64,000 bases of DNA from a virus: the IMG/VR virus record IMGVR_UViG_3300019360_000008, positions 1 through 64,000 of that record; one strand, 5' to 3'. Below are positions 17,681 to 28,083 of this stretch, one piece after another. The stretch's first letter is position 1, and each line of letters starts with the position of its first letter. The notes beneath the pieces were generated by a model that was not told the DNA's origin, did no database searches, and saw nothing but the letters and a program-made list of their open reading frames with translations. Made by a program: the position numbers and the translations under genes.

Positions 17681-20600
17681 ATGGAAGACTTATCCAAAAT
17701 TAAACATGTTGCGCCCGGTGACCCGGTAGCCGCAGAAGTAACGTCGCAGCCAACGCGGGCGATCGAGCTTCGGCTCAAGCAGCTGCAGGAGATCAGCTCC
17801 TCGGCCTCGGGCAACAGTAACCGCCTAGTCATCCCGAACGTCCGCATCGCGTCTTCGGTGGCGCTTTACAATACAGTCTATTTCGATCCCAACACGGACC
17901 AGTTCGAGCAAGGTCTGGCTGGCGTGACGGTCAAATCCGACACGTTCACTCTCAACCCCTCGGCGGTTGCCGTGGGTATCGTGGTGGCCCGCAAGTCCTC
18001 CACGGTTGCGGACGTCATGGTCGGCGGCTTCGACACGCTCGACACCACGAAGCTCACCGCCCTCTTGGAAACCGGCGAAATCTTCCAGCCCGGAGTGCCT
18101 CTGTATCTTTCGGCGCGTGAGCCGGGAAAGCTGACGCGCTTCGCTCCCAACTTCAAGGTACAGGTCGCACTCACCAGTGACAGTCACTTCATAGTGAATC
18201 CGGTGTACTCCGACCCCGACGCAGTCGAGGTCGTGTACCGCAACCAGCTTGGTATGCGGCCGGTCGGTTCGATCCGCTTGATTCCTGCCGAGAACGTCCG
18301 GTACCAGATCGTCGGCTTCGACGCCTTGGAGAACTACGACATCGGCGACGCCACGGCCTGGCGTACCACCTTTGACCCTGCGTCGACGGTCGACAACCAC
18401 AAGTCCTTCGGGTACTGCGTGGCCGACTCCGTAGTGACCAAGCAACCCAAGAGCCCGGTATTCATCAAGATCGAGGTCGCGCGGACAACCGGCGCGATCA
18501 CCTGCTCGACAGCGGACGCATTCGCCGATCTGGAAAGTGATACGTTTAACGTTCAGACCCTATCTGCTCCGAATAACCTGAACGGTGTTACGTTCAACAA
18601 CGTCCGTACCTACGTGGTGACGGATCGTGCTGGTGCCACGCTCGGTACCCTTTCGTTCAAGTTCACCGACGGGGACATATCCTTCAAACGTCGCGTCTAC
18701 TTCGAGTACCCGGACTCCTTCCAGGGCTGGAAAATGGTCAGCGACCCGTCCGAAGCTACCGCGGTGGCGACCATCGGTATCGGCAACCTGACCGGCATCG
18801 ACCTGACCGACGGCGGCACTGGCTGGTCCAGTGCCCCGACCGTGCAGATTATCGGTGGCGGCGGAACTGGCGCCCAGGCCGTGGCCACTACGGACGGTAA
18901 TGTCATAACGAGTGTCACCATTATCGACTCGGGCTCTGGCTACACCAGTACCCCTGCGATCGCATTCGTTGGCGTCGGTACTGGCGGTACCGCCACGGCC
19001 TACATAGACGGCGTGGTCAGCGTAGAAGTCACACATGGTAGTTTCGGTTACTCAACGGCACCCTCGGTAGTATTTACGGGCGGTGGCGGCTCCGGGGCGA
19101 CTGCTGAGGCCGTCATCAATGACGCCGGTATCATCACGGCCATAAACGTCACGTTCTCGGGCGGCGGTTACACCAGTGCTCCGACCGTTACCTTCACCGG
19201 CATGGTGGTTGACCTAGACGTCACCAATGGTGGAACCGGCTATATCTCGGCCCCCACGGTCACGATCGCGCCTCCTCCGTCCGGTACGACCGCTACGGCC
19301 ATCGTCAATTTCTCCGGCGTCCTGCTGCGGGACGTCGACCGAGCGGCTGGCGGCGTCGACTACACGTCTGATCCGTCCGCTCGCGTAGCAACGGATGACG
19401 GCGGCTACCACTCTCTACTCAAAGCCGAGATCTCCACGAACAGTGTCGTCGGAATACCGGTGACCTCCGCCGGCTCCGGCTACAATACACCCCCTCAAAT
19501 CAGCTTCAGCGGTGGTGGCGGATGCGCAGCCGCTACCGCTTCCGTCTCTGGCGGCGGTGTCGTGTCAGCTTCGGTGTCCTTGCCCGGTAAGGGCTACACC
19601 AGCCTGCCGCTGGTCCTCTTCCATAACGCCACCGGCACTGGGGCTGAGGCTGTAGCTACCCTCAAGGCGATCCAGGCCAAGGTTATGCTCGGTGGTGAAG
19701 GCTACCTGGTCGGTGACTCCATCACGCTTGCGGGCGGAACCTTTGGTACCGGTGCGGTGGTCCAAGTGGCCAGTGTTACGAGCGCCAACGGTATCGTTGG
19801 CGAAATCACGGCCGTTACGGTCCTAACTCCGGGGTCTTACTCCGAACTACCCGGCAATCTCGTCGAGCAGGACATCACGAGCGGTGTCGGCGTCGGTGCC
19901 AACTTCCGAGTGTTCTGGGGCGTAAACGATCTCACCATCACGGACCCGGGCTCCGGCTATGTTGGTGCCACGACGGTCTCGTTCGCCAACGGCGGTCAGG
20001 TCCGCGCGACGCCCATCATGGACTCGGGCGACGGGATCGACCACATCGTTATATCTCACGCGGGCGCCCACTTTACGTCGGCTCCCACGGTAGTCCTGTC
20101 TGGCGCTGTCGCCGCCGTGGATCCTGTTCTCGGGGCCGCGGTGATCGACGGGGACGGTATCCTGTCTCTCATCACCATCACGGACCCCGGCATCGGGTTC
20201 GGTCAGTTCGGCCCCGGCGGGGTGGAACGAATCGTCATCCGCTCCGGTGGTACTGGTTACACTGCGACTCCGGCGGTTGTACTTGTGGGCGATGACGGTT
20301 CCGGTGCGACCGCTACGGCGTTCGTCAGCGGCGGCAAGGTTACTAGCGTGCTCGTTACGGCACCTGGCAATAATTACAGAAATCCTCCCGTGGTTACTTT
20401 CGTTGGCGGTAATGGATCTGGCGCGGAAGCGGCAGCTTATCTACAACGTGCGGTCGGGTTCAGTGGTGGGGGTCGCGCCGTCTCCGGCGTCCCAACGGTC
20501 ACGAACGGATCGGTCACCGATGTACAAGTTACCGCGGGCGGAACTGGCTACTCGGCCAGCTTCCCGGTGAGCTTCATTGGCGGTGGCGGTTCCGGTGCGA

Positions 20601-22585
20601 CCGCTACGGCGTTCGCCACGGCAGGCGTCGTCACCAGCGTCCTGATCCTTACTCCTGGCTCTGGCTACACTACGGCTCCGGCGGCTGACTTCTCGGCCGG
20701 CCTCGGAACTGGGGCTACGGCCACGGTTACGATCTCTCTCAATGAACTTGAACTCGACGAGGTCGTCGCAACCACGCCGGGCTCGGGGTATTCCTACCAG
20801 CCTCGTCCGGTGTTCACCGCGGCGCCTGGCGGTGGGGCTGAGGCAACCGCCTCCGTCCTGGCCGGCGCAGTCACCAGCATCTCGGTTGACAACGGTGGCT
20901 CCCGCTTTACGGTGGCACCGATCGTCATCTTATCAGGTGGTGGCGGCTCCGGGGCCAAAGCTTCCGCCTCGATCACGAACGGAGTGGTCACCAGCATATC
21001 GGTCGACGCCGGCGGTACAGGCTATTCCAGTGCCCCTACGGTCAGCTTCTCGATGGGTGCCGGCGCCGAGGGTGAAACCCGACTCAAGGCGGTATCCGCC
21101 ACGGTCCTCGCGGCCGGTGCTGGTTACGCGGTAAGTGACACCATTACGGTGAATGGCGGCGATCCAGACAGTCCGCTGATCCTGGACGTCGTTTCAATCG
21201 GTTTTGCCGGTGACATCACGGCAGTCGCCATAAATGATGCAGGCTCTTACAAAGTGGTCGCCCCGAACGGGAGCGGACAGCTTAGTACGTCTGGCACTGG
21301 TGTCGGTGCCACATTCGCAATCGATTGGGGCGTCGAGAAGACCATCATCACGGCCGGCGGTCAGAACTACCCAACGCCTCCAATCATCGGATTTTGTGGC
21401 GGCGGGCAGGCCGAAGCCTACTTCGTCCCTGGCGGTGAGGTCCTGAGCCTCACGATCGACATTCCCGGCGACGGTTATACATCTCCTCCGACAGTCTCCT
21501 TCACGGGCGGCGGCGGAACTGGTGCAGCCGCGGTGGCGACCATCAGTGGCGACGGCGGCTCCCGTAGCGCAACGAAGCTGCAGATCCGAACTTATCACGA
21601 CGATTACGACGACAACGCCACGGTTGAATTTCCGGCGCCAAACCAAGCTGATTTCTTTTACAATCTGTTCGCGGACCCCGTGGCTAAGAGCCGTTGGCCG
21701 TCCGTACCGACGGAGAAGACCACATTCCTGATGAACGGCCTCGAAACCCTCACGGGCGTACTCAATGAGGGCACCAAGGACTTCGACACCGTCGACTGCG
21801 ACGTCGGCCTCTCCCGGAAGGCCATATATTGGACAACGAACCACATCGACGCTTGTCCGTGGGATCGGTTCTACGAGACCTTCCGGCGCGAGCCTGGAAC
21901 TGGCGGAACCGACAACATCCTGCCAGGCACCGGCGATGATGCCCAGGATACAAACTTTCGTTGGTGGGAGCACACCTACAAATACGAACCCAATCGCAAT
22001 AAGGGCTGGCTGTATATCAACCGACTCAGCCGGTTCCATCAGTCTGGCCGGGTGGTTAGTCTCGCGGTCGAAAGTCCGTTGCAGTTGATCAACCTGGAGA
22101 ATGGGCAAGACAGTGGTGGTCGTCCTCTCCCTGGACAGCTATTGCTACGTCTGAACAACCAGACCAATATCTTGTCGGCGGTAAGCCCACAAATAGACAT
22201 GTCGACCACTGGCACCGTGGTGGCTATCTACCAGAACCTTACGGGTCGCAACGTGATGCTCTCGTCCGTTATCCTTACGACAATCTTCCAGCTCACCGGA
22301 GCTGGGTCAGTCGTTACAGCAAACAACGCACGGATTACGATCGGTACCCAGGCCGGAAACTTTCGGAACATTATCGGCAATCTGAATCCGAACACGGTCA
22401 CCCAGGCCGGCCGCGATTGTAACCTCATCGACCAGAACCAGGTCAAGGAGCTATTCCCCGACGAGGACTTTGCATACTCACTCATCGCCCCCAATGAGAT
22501 CGTCTACCTGAAGGTGGATGAAGCCGCTGGCGGTCCAATCCAGTCGCAGATTGCTGTGGCCCGCCTCAAAGGTCACGTGCTCTAA
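17681..22585 (+). CDS. Large repeat-rich baseplate/tail-fibre-like structural protein (1634 aa)
   Basis: Central ~930 aa of GGSGYTSAPTVTFTGGGGSGATATA-type repeats like those in large myophage baseplate proteins; unique N- and C-terminal domains. Confidence 0.75.
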   Translation: MEDLSKIKHVAPGDPVAAEVTSQPTRAIELRLKQLQEISSSASGNSNRLVIPNVRIASSVALYNTVYFDPNTDQFEQGLAGVTVKSDTFTLNPSAVAVGIVVARKSSTVADVMVGGFDTLDTTKLTALLETGEIFQPGVPLYLSAREPGKLTRFAPNFKVQVALTSDSHFIVNPVYSDPDAVEVVYRNQLGMRPVGSIRLIPAENVRYQIVGFDALENYDIGDATAWRTTFDPASTVDNHKSFGYCVADSVVTKQPKSPVFIKIEVARTTGAITCSTADAFADLESDTFNVQTLSAPNNLNGVTFNNVRTYVVTDRAGATLGTLSFKFTDGDISFKRRVYFEYPDSFQGWKMVSDPSEATAVATIGIGNLTGIDLTDGGTGWSSAPTVQIIGGGGTGAQAVATTDGNVITSVTIIDSGSGYTSTPAIAFVGVGTGGTATAYIDGVVSVEVTHGSFGYSTAPSVVFTGGGGSGATAEAVINDAGIITAINVTFSGGGYTSAPTVTFTGMVVDLDVTNGGTGYISAPTVTIAPPPSGTTATAIVNFSGVLLRDVDRAAGGVDYTSDPSARVATDDGGYHSLLKAEISTNSVVGIPVTSAGSGYNTPPQISFSGGGGCAAATASVSGGGVVSASVSLPGKGYTSLPLVLFHNATGTGAEAVATLKAIQAKVMLGGEGYLVGDSITLAGGTFGTGAVVQVASVTSANGIVGEITAVTVLTPGSYSELPGNLVEQDITSGVGVGANFRVFWGVNDLTITDPGSGYVGATTVSFANGGQVRATPIMDSGDGIDHIVISHAGAHFTSAPTVVLSGAVAAVDPVLGAAVIDGDGILSLITITDPGIGFGQFGPGGVERIVIRSGGTGYTATPAVVLVGDDGSGATATAFVSGGKVTSVLVTAPGNNYRNPPVVTFVGGNGSGAEAAAYLQRAVGFSGGGRAVSGVPTVTNGSVTDVQVTAGGTGYSASFPVSFIGGGGSGATATAFATAGVVTSVLILTPGSGYTTAPAADFSAGLGTGATATVTISLNELELDEVVATTPGSGYSYQPRPVFTAAPGGGAEATASVLAGAVTSISVDNGGSRFTVAPIVILSGGGGSGAKASASITNGVVTSISVDAGGTGYSSAPTVSFSMGAGAEGETRLKAVSATVLAAGAGYAVSDTITVNGGDPDSPLILDVVSIGFAGDITAVAINDAGSYKVVAPNGSGQLSTSGTGVGATFAIDWGVEKTIITAGGQNYPTPPIIGFCGGGQAEAYFVPGGEVLSLTIDIPGDGYTSPPTVSFTGGGGTGAAAVATISGDGGSRSATKLQIRTYHDDYDDNATVEFPAPNQADFFYNLFADPVAKSRWPSVPTEKTTFLMNGLETLTGVLNEGTKDFDTVDCDVGLSRKAIYWTTNHIDACPWDRFYETFRREPGTGGTDNILPGTGDDAQDTNFRWWEHTYKYEPNRNKGWLYINRLSRFHQSGRVVSLAVESPLQLINLENGQDSGGRPLPGQLLLRLNNQTNILSAVSPQIDMSTTGTVVAIYQNLTGRNVMLSSVILTTIFQLTGAGSVVTANNARITIGTQAGNFRNIIGNLNPNTVTQAGRDCNLIDQNQVKELFPDEDFAYSLIAPNEIVYLKVDEAAGGPIQSQIAVARLKGHVL
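18757..21560 (+). repeat. Intragenic Gly/Thr-rich repeat array
   Basis: About 20 G.GY...P.V units; exact 29-nt repeat at 20296-20324 and 20587-20615. Confidence 0.85.
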
Positions 22586-22591
22586 TTCGTT

Positions 22592-23470
22592 ATGGCCTCG
22601 ATCAAACTGATCAAATATATGTCCGAAGCCCTCACGGGGCAGCCGGCCAATCAGCAGGTGTGGCCCATCAGCATCACGGCTGAAGGTATCGACATGCCCA
22701 GCGAGATCTTCGTCTATCACATCGCCGTAGCCGGAAGCGCCTTCGATGGCGACATATTTGAGTGTGTTGCCAGTCCGCCCCAGCTGCATGAACTTCCTGC
22801 TAACCAAGCGGCTCCGATCAGCGAGGATTACCAGGTTCCGTTCTACCGTCGGAATATTTGTGAATTCTTTGCGAGATCGGCCTCTGAAGCTCAGCGCATC
22901 TGGGAAGTCATCCAAGAAGACGTCGCCATCCTGGTCCGGGATGTCAATGCCAGCAATACCCTCACGGCGGTTGAAGTAGCAGCCGTGACCGAGGAAGCAA
23001 TCGTTCAGGAAAGCCAAAGCATGCACCCTCCAATTCGTCACCTTCTGTCTTATCATCCATGCGGCGTGGCCGGCCTCGTCGTCGACGTGCAGACCATCTC
23101 GGCCCCATTCACGCCCGACAAGGACGGCTGGCTACCAACCAGCCAGGCAGGTTCATTCCTACCTCCTCCCGGCGGCGTCTTGTTCTACAACATCGAGCAG
23201 GATCCCGAGCTTAAGGCGTTGTTCCCGCTCAAGGAGCCCTGGAGTGGACATCAACTTACGCGCAACGGCATCTTGCTGCAGTTTGGCGTACACTACACGA
23301 TCACGAAGGACACGATCTGGTGGCTGGAGTTCAACCCTGCGACACTCGCTGCGTACACGCGCTTGACCGGACAGGTCCAAGATGCCAACTTTCCGTGGCC
23401 TGTTGATTACGTTAACCGGAACAATCCTGGCGACACGACCCCTAATTTCACCTTACAGATCTTCCAATGA
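22592..23470 (+). CDS. Hypothetical protein, probably structural
   Basis: 292-aa ORF continuing the operon. Confidence 0.65.
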   Translation: MASIKLIKYMSEALTGQPANQQVWPISITAEGIDMPSEIFVYHIAVAGSAFDGDIFECVASPPQLHELPANQAAPISEDYQVPFYRRNICEFFARSASEAQRIWEVIQEDVAILVRDVNASNTLTAVEVAAVTEEAIVQESQSMHPPIRHLLSYHPCGVAGLVVDVQTISAPFTPDKDGWLPTSQAGSFLPPPGGVLFYNIEQDPELKALFPLKEPWSGHQLTRNGILLQFGVHYTITKDTIWWLEFNPATLAAYTRLTGQVQDANFPWPVDYVNRNNPGDTTPNFTLQIFQ

Positions 23471-23907
23471 GTAACTTTGCCATTCCGGGGTTTATGGTGC
23501 CGGAGACCCCGAAGAACGATGAGCGTATTTTCGCAACGCCTGACGGTACAATCATTTGGGACGTTATGCCCGCTCCCGACGATCGGCAGCTGCCTGTCTT
23601 CGATTTTGAGCTGTCGCTCTTCCATCGTGGTAAGGACATGCGCCGATTGGTGATCGACCAAAACCAGATCACGTTAATGAATATCGCGAACGAACTGGGA
23701 AGTCGGATCATTCGGGCCGTCATACCGGCAAGCTGCGTAGCCATCGAGCCCGGAACCTTCCGTCTTGAGGCGTTTATGGGGGCAGGGCGTCAGCGCGTAG
23801 CTGAGAAGTGGGTCACGGTTGAACCGTCAGTGGTCAATGAAGCTGTCCTGCAACTCAACCAACTTCACGATTGCCCGACTTGGCTCAAGCCCGACACATC
23901 GTCCTGA
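23467..23907 (+). CDS. Hypothetical protein
   Basis: 146-aa ORF with ATGA overlap; 3' end overlaps the convergent gene. Confidence 0.6.
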   Translation: MSNFAIPGFMVPETPKNDERIFATPDGTIIWDVMPAPDDRQLPVFDFELSLFHRGKDMRRLVIDQNQITLMNIANELGSRIIRAVIPASCVAIEPGTFRLEAFMGAGRQRVAEKWVTVEPSVVNEAVLQLNQLHDCPTWLKPDTSS

Positions 23908-26312
23908 CCGGGCTCCTCCGGGTCTTCTGCAGAGTCATCAATCCGCAACTTAATCGGCCGTCCATAAAAGTCAGACAAGAGGGCGGTCAACCTCTCTGCA
24001 TCTACCAGGAGGTTTTTTGCTCCGTACGGCCGAGGATTTAACCCGGCTGCCTGCAGCTCCCCCATAAGGGTGCTGCGACTCTTATTCATACGACGCACGA
24101 GTGCGATGGCGGCCTGATCCACCAGGCTGAACTTAAACAACCGACTAGGGTCAACAGGGGCGCACCGGAGCAAAATCTCAAACAACAGCGGTGTCTCATT
24201 AGAGAGTAGGTAGTTGCCTCGGTGATCGGTATACCGCTCGATAGCTGCCTGACCTTCGCGCAACAGCACGGGATAATTAGGCAGCTCGCGAGAGACCAGT
24301 TGATGGCTGACTCCCCGGGTACGCAGGAAGCCCTGGATGACGCTGTGAAAGATGTTGCGGGCCAGCCATATAACCTGGCACTTCTGCTCTGGCGTCATTG
24401 GTGCGCCAATGACGGCTCCAGTAGGTGAGACAATGAAACATGGGTAGCTCAGTGTACGGAGCAGTTCAGGTGCCGCGCATTTGACCATACACGGAAACCC
24501 GTTCATAGCTTCAAAGGCCCATTTGACTCCTACGTCCGTGATATAAAGCGGACCCTTCTGCTCCAAGCCGAGCAGTACGGCCGTTAAAATCTCGGTAGTA
24601 TCTTTCCCGGCGTGAACCTCGATAGGTCCTAGCGGGGCTTTTAGGTACGCGCGAAGTATCATGGCCACTACGAGCGCAATAGCGGTACGAGCAGCCGGAG
24701 GAACTTCCTGCTTCAAATCGCACGTCGGTACCTCCGTGAAGCAACAAAACTGGTCAAAATGTTTACGGCCTGGATGTGGAATACGAGAGCTGGTCTGTAC
24801 CCCCGTGGTGCGAATAACCCAGCTGGGAGTCTCGTACACATCCAGTCCAGTCCACCCAAGAGCGCCCACACCGCGACGGCTCATGACTTCAGAGACTTGC
24901 TGCACCATAATGGCCCGAATCAACTTTGAATGGGTTGAGTCCAGGATACAGGGAAGCTTGGATGCAGAGTCCGGCAAGGTCTCACTGACAGCAGCTTGCG
25001 CCAGGAACTCCAGAACGTCGGGCTTGGTCAGGTCCTTTTTCCTGATCGAAACCGGGTAAGTTCGGTTGTCGAAAATAAGTCGGCCGGCGTAGAAGACCTC
25101 AGACATTTTCCCTGCATCCATGAAGGTCAGGGCATAGTCGATGTGGATCAGGAAGTTCGTCAAGGCAATGTGTTCGGTCCCCTTGATCGCAATTAGCCCG
25201 GTAGTCGTTTCTCGGATCTCGTACGGCCCTGAGCGATACACCCGAAGCTGGTCCAGAAGAACTTGCAGTTTAGTTGCCTGACTGAAAAGCTTTGCATCTT
25301 TCAAATCTTGTTGTAATCCGACCACAAGATCTTGCTCGTGCCGTATGAATGTCAGGACTTCGCGAATCGTGGGGTCAATCTTTTCGCTTGTCAAGAGGCG
25401 GGCCAACTCTCCAGTCACGAACTGCTGAGACATCACGCGGGTATTGTCGGGCAGTTGAACCTGCAGTGAATGGAAATTACGACGGTGCAGAATAATGTCC
25501 TTCAAGGAATGCGTCGAGTAGGCGATCCCAACGTTGAGTCGATAGTCGTTGTACTGGTTGGCTGGTGTCTGACGAACGCAGACGACGCCACGCATTTTGT
25601 CGGCACTGGCGAACTCGGCCGAGTACACGCGACAGACCTCCATGTCCTTACGAAGGATTCGGGACTCTATCCAGTGAGTACCGAGTATACCAAAAAAGGT
25701 TGTGCGACAGCGCTCGACCTCGACCCACTGATCAACGCCAGTCCTGACATCCACCACACGCCAAGCGGCAATGGTCCAGGGGTTGCGCATATACGGGAAA
25801 CACGCGTATGTTCCTTTGGTGTCAAACTTTGCATCTATGAGACCGTGGATAGCCTGTCCGGTAATGCCGAGTACGAAGGGGGCTACCGCAAGAGGGTTGA
25901 GCCCTTGCTTGGTCATCCACATGTTCACGATCGCCAGCTGTGGATCGTTTACGATATTACCTCTCATCCTAATGAACGTCATGAACTTAGCTCGACGTTC
26001 AGCAGCTTCACCGATTGTAACATCGCGGTACAGCTCCGGAGAGTAGCTGCCTCCGGTCAGCAGGCTGCCGTAGGTGCAGATCAGGTAGTCAATCGCTGAC
26101 TCATAAGACCCTGACCTGAATGCCAGGAAGTCCAGTATGCTGCCGGCGATAAACTTGCCGGATTCCGTTAGTTCCACGATGCCACCTTGGTCAACGCGGA
26201 AGCGTAATCCTGCGTCCTCAAACACATAATTTCGCGGGCTTACTTCCTTAACCTCGATCCCCAGCGCGTGGAGGACCTGCCAAGCATCCATCTGCTCAAT
26301 CTTCAGTTGCAT
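23865..26312 (-). CDS. Large hypothetical protein, possibly a degenerate primase/DUF927-like protein
   Basis: 815-aa ORF; FIAGSILDFLA..SYESAIDYL, YACFPY, IALTNFLIHID..FYAGRL and ALGW motifs; no intact catalytic motifs seen. Confidence 0.5.
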   Translation of the reverse strand: MQLKIEQMDAWQVLHALGIEVKEVSPRNYVFEDAGLRFRVDQGGIVELTESGKFIAGSILDFLAFRSGSYESAIDYLICTYGSLLTGGSYSPELYRDVTIGEAAERRAKFMTFIRMRGNIVNDPQLAIVNMWMTKQGLNPLAVAPFVLGITGQAIHGLIDAKFDTKGTYACFPYMRNPWTIAAWRVVDVRTGVDQWVEVERCRTTFFGILGTHWIESRILRKDMEVCRVYSAEFASADKMRGVVCVRQTPANQYNDYRLNVGIAYSTHSLKDIILHRRNFHSLQVQLPDNTRVMSQQFVTGELARLLTSEKIDPTIREVLTFIRHEQDLVVGLQQDLKDAKLFSQATKLQVLLDQLRVYRSGPYEIRETTTGLIAIKGTEHIALTNFLIHIDYALTFMDAGKMSEVFYAGRLIFDNRTYPVSIRKKDLTKPDVLEFLAQAAVSETLPDSASKLPCILDSTHSKLIRAIMVQQVSEVMSRRGVGALGWTGLDVYETPSWVIRTTGVQTSSRIPHPGRKHFDQFCCFTEVPTCDLKQEVPPAARTAIALVVAMILRAYLKAPLGPIEVHAGKDTTEILTAVLLGLEQKGPLYITDVGVKWAFEAMNGFPCMVKCAAPELLRTLSYPCFIVSPTGAVIGAPMTPEQKCQVIWLARNIFHSVIQGFLRTRGVSHQLVSRELPNYPVLLREGQAAIERYTDHRGNYLLSNETPLLFEILLRCAPVDPSRLFKFSLVDQAAIALVRRMNKSRSTLMGELQAAGLNPRPYGAKNLLVDAERLTALLSDFYGRPIKLRIDDSAEDPEEPGQDDVSGLSQVGQS

Positions 26313-26335
26313 ATTGTTTAGCCCCAGAGTATCCT
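26307..26335 (+). promoter_or_regulatory. Promoter TTGCAT-N17-TATCCT, 8 nt before ATG 26344; overlaps a divergent candidate ATGAAA-N17-TACTCT
   Basis: Motif match on both strands of a 31-nt intergenic gap. Confidence 0.5.
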
Positions 26336-26343
26336 ACCGACGT

Positions 26344-27387
26344 ATGGATTTCATCACTGATCAGTCCGGTCGGTACCTGGTTCAGCTCTCCAGGCTACTC
26401 GACGTCCCTGACTTCGTCAAGAGCGCCGCAGTCGATCTTGATGAGGTCGCCGGACTTCAGCCGCATGAATTTGCCGACTCTGTTAACCGCGAGTTTCCTA
26501 TTGTGGATCCGGGTCAAGTGTACCTTGGGCTGGCGTACGTGAAACTCGCCGGTATCGAGAACCCCCAGCTGGTTACCCGGCTCAAGCGCGCCGCCGCCCT
26601 CCACAAGATTGAGGGAGAAATTGCCAAACTGGACGAAGTCCTCGGTGCGCAGACCAAGCAGGCCAATACCCATGATTTTGCAGTCACGATCGATTTTGAG
26701 GGCGCCCCGGATCACATGAAGGTCGCCGGCATCAAGAATTTCTATCCGATCCATACGCCGGAGGCCATCGAGAATTCAGCCCGCCAGATCTGTGCTGATC
26801 AGAGTCGAATACCAATGGGCCTTTTCATCGCGGGCTGTCAGGCCCTCGTAAAGGCTGCGCGTACTCATGCGGTACCACCGCGGCTGATCCCGTCCACGGT
26901 TTGGGAGTTCGGCGATGATTACTTCGTGGATTACGACCACGTGTCGTTCCAGGCTGCGAAGCGGGCTAGCGTCACGGGTGATGAAATTTACCGCGAGATC
27001 GCCAAGTCTGCATCTGAGGATCTCAACACTCCCATCGGGGATTGGATTGACGCTTGGCGTGAAGCTGATCACCAGCACGGCATTGAAGGCAAGCCGGGAG
27101 TGAAGGATGCATATCTGGTCTTTTACTCAGGAGTTGACAAGCAAGCGTTCGATCAGCGTATGGCTGACTGGCTTGTGGTGGGTGGTGCGGCCGTTCCCAA
27201 GAGTGCATTGGCCGCTGTGCCGCTCGACGCGCTCCGGAAGAATTTCCCTTCGGCGGTGGCAGGTGATTTGACGACTCTTGTCAAGCATGCTACCAATGAT
27301 ACGGGAATGAAATTGCAGGAAGTCTGTCAATCCTTGTCAGAGCCGGTTCAGAAGGTTCTTCTGAGTCTGGTTCTGCGTCATGCCTGA
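26344..27387 (+). CDS. Putative head/virion protein rich in K-x-A motifs
   Basis: Start MDFITD at 26344; 12 of 19 lysines are followed by x-Ala. Confidence 0.55.
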   Translation: MDFITDQSGRYLVQLSRLLDVPDFVKSAAVDLDEVAGLQPHEFADSVNREFPIVDPGQVYLGLAYVKLAGIENPQLVTRLKRAAALHKIEGEIAKLDEVLGAQTKQANTHDFAVTIDFEGAPDHMKVAGIKNFYPIHTPEAIENSARQICADQSRIPMGLFIAGCQALVKAARTHAVPPRLIPSTVWEFGDDYFVDYDHVSFQAAKRASVTGDEIYREIAKSASEDLNTPIGDWIDAWREADHQHGIEGKPGVKDAYLVFYSGVDKQAFDQRMADWLVVGGAAVPKSALAAVPLDALRKNFPSAVAGDLTTLVKHATNDTGMKLQEVCQSLSEPVQKVLLSLVLRHA

Positions 27388-27956
27388 TGAATCTCTCGGA
27401 CTTGAGTCAAGCACGACCGACTCTTAACCAGAAGCAGGTTGTCGCTGCCCTTATGGACGCCGCGACTTATGCGACCGTCCTTCACGTCATCCTTCTCGTC
27501 AAGTATGGCGAGGACATCTACGAGGTTGACCCTTTGGAGTTATACGCACGTATCAAAGACGACTTCGGCGTCACGCTACCGGAGGCCAACGAGCAGCGCA
27601 TCCAGGCAATTCTTTTATCGACCAGCACTGATGCATTCTACGAAGACATCCGTGTGTTCACCGCTACTTGTAATACCCTTTTGGCCGGCGATCCGGGCTT
27701 CGAGAGTATGGACGATCTTTCGGTCGCCGAGATATTTTGGGCGCTATTCGAGGTTGAGTTGAACCACGGCGAAGAAGAACCTTGTCCGGAGATTCAAGCA
27801 ATGATCGCCCATGAAGTACGTGAAGAGGCCGAAGATAGCTCCGGCCTAGAACGTCCGAATTATGTATTGGGCGAGCTGGCCGAGCATAGGAAGAATTTGA
27901 GAAACCAGCTTATTAAGATCGGCATTAAGGATTTCGAGCTGCCCAAGATCTCCTAG
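27387..27956 (+). CDS. Acidic hypothetical protein
   Basis: 189-aa ORF, TGATG-coupled. Confidence 0.65.
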   Translation: MNLSDLSQARPTLNQKQVVAALMDAATYATVLHVILLVKYGEDIYEVDPLELYARIKDDFGVTLPEANEQRIQAILLSTSTDAFYEDIRVFTATCNTLLAGDPGFESMDDLSVAEIFWALFEVELNHGEEEPCPEIQAMIAHEVREEAEDSSGLERPNYVLGELAEHRKNLRNQLIKIGIKDFELPKIS

Positions 27957-27960
27957 CTGG

Positions 27961-28083
27961 TTTCGCCCGCCACCTCCCCCCCCCCACCGCCAAGGGTCTT
28001 TTCGTGCAATAGACCCTCTGTACGTGCTATAAGGTTTTGGAGAGACCCTAAAGGTCAATCCTATGTTATGTAGTATTACATAA
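27961..28083. promoter_or_regulatory. Non-coding control region: C10 tract, AGACCCT boxes, 18-bp interrupted palindrome
   Basis: C10 at 27976-85; AGGGTCT 27993 / AGACCCT 28011 inverted pair; third AGACCCT at 28043; TTATGTA-GTAT-TACATAA at 28066-83. Confidence 0.55.

Noticed and set aside
29-22585. Bacterial T6SS/eCIS/tailocin locus
   Set aside because: Terminase, sigma factor and a complete replication module on the same contig indicate a phage
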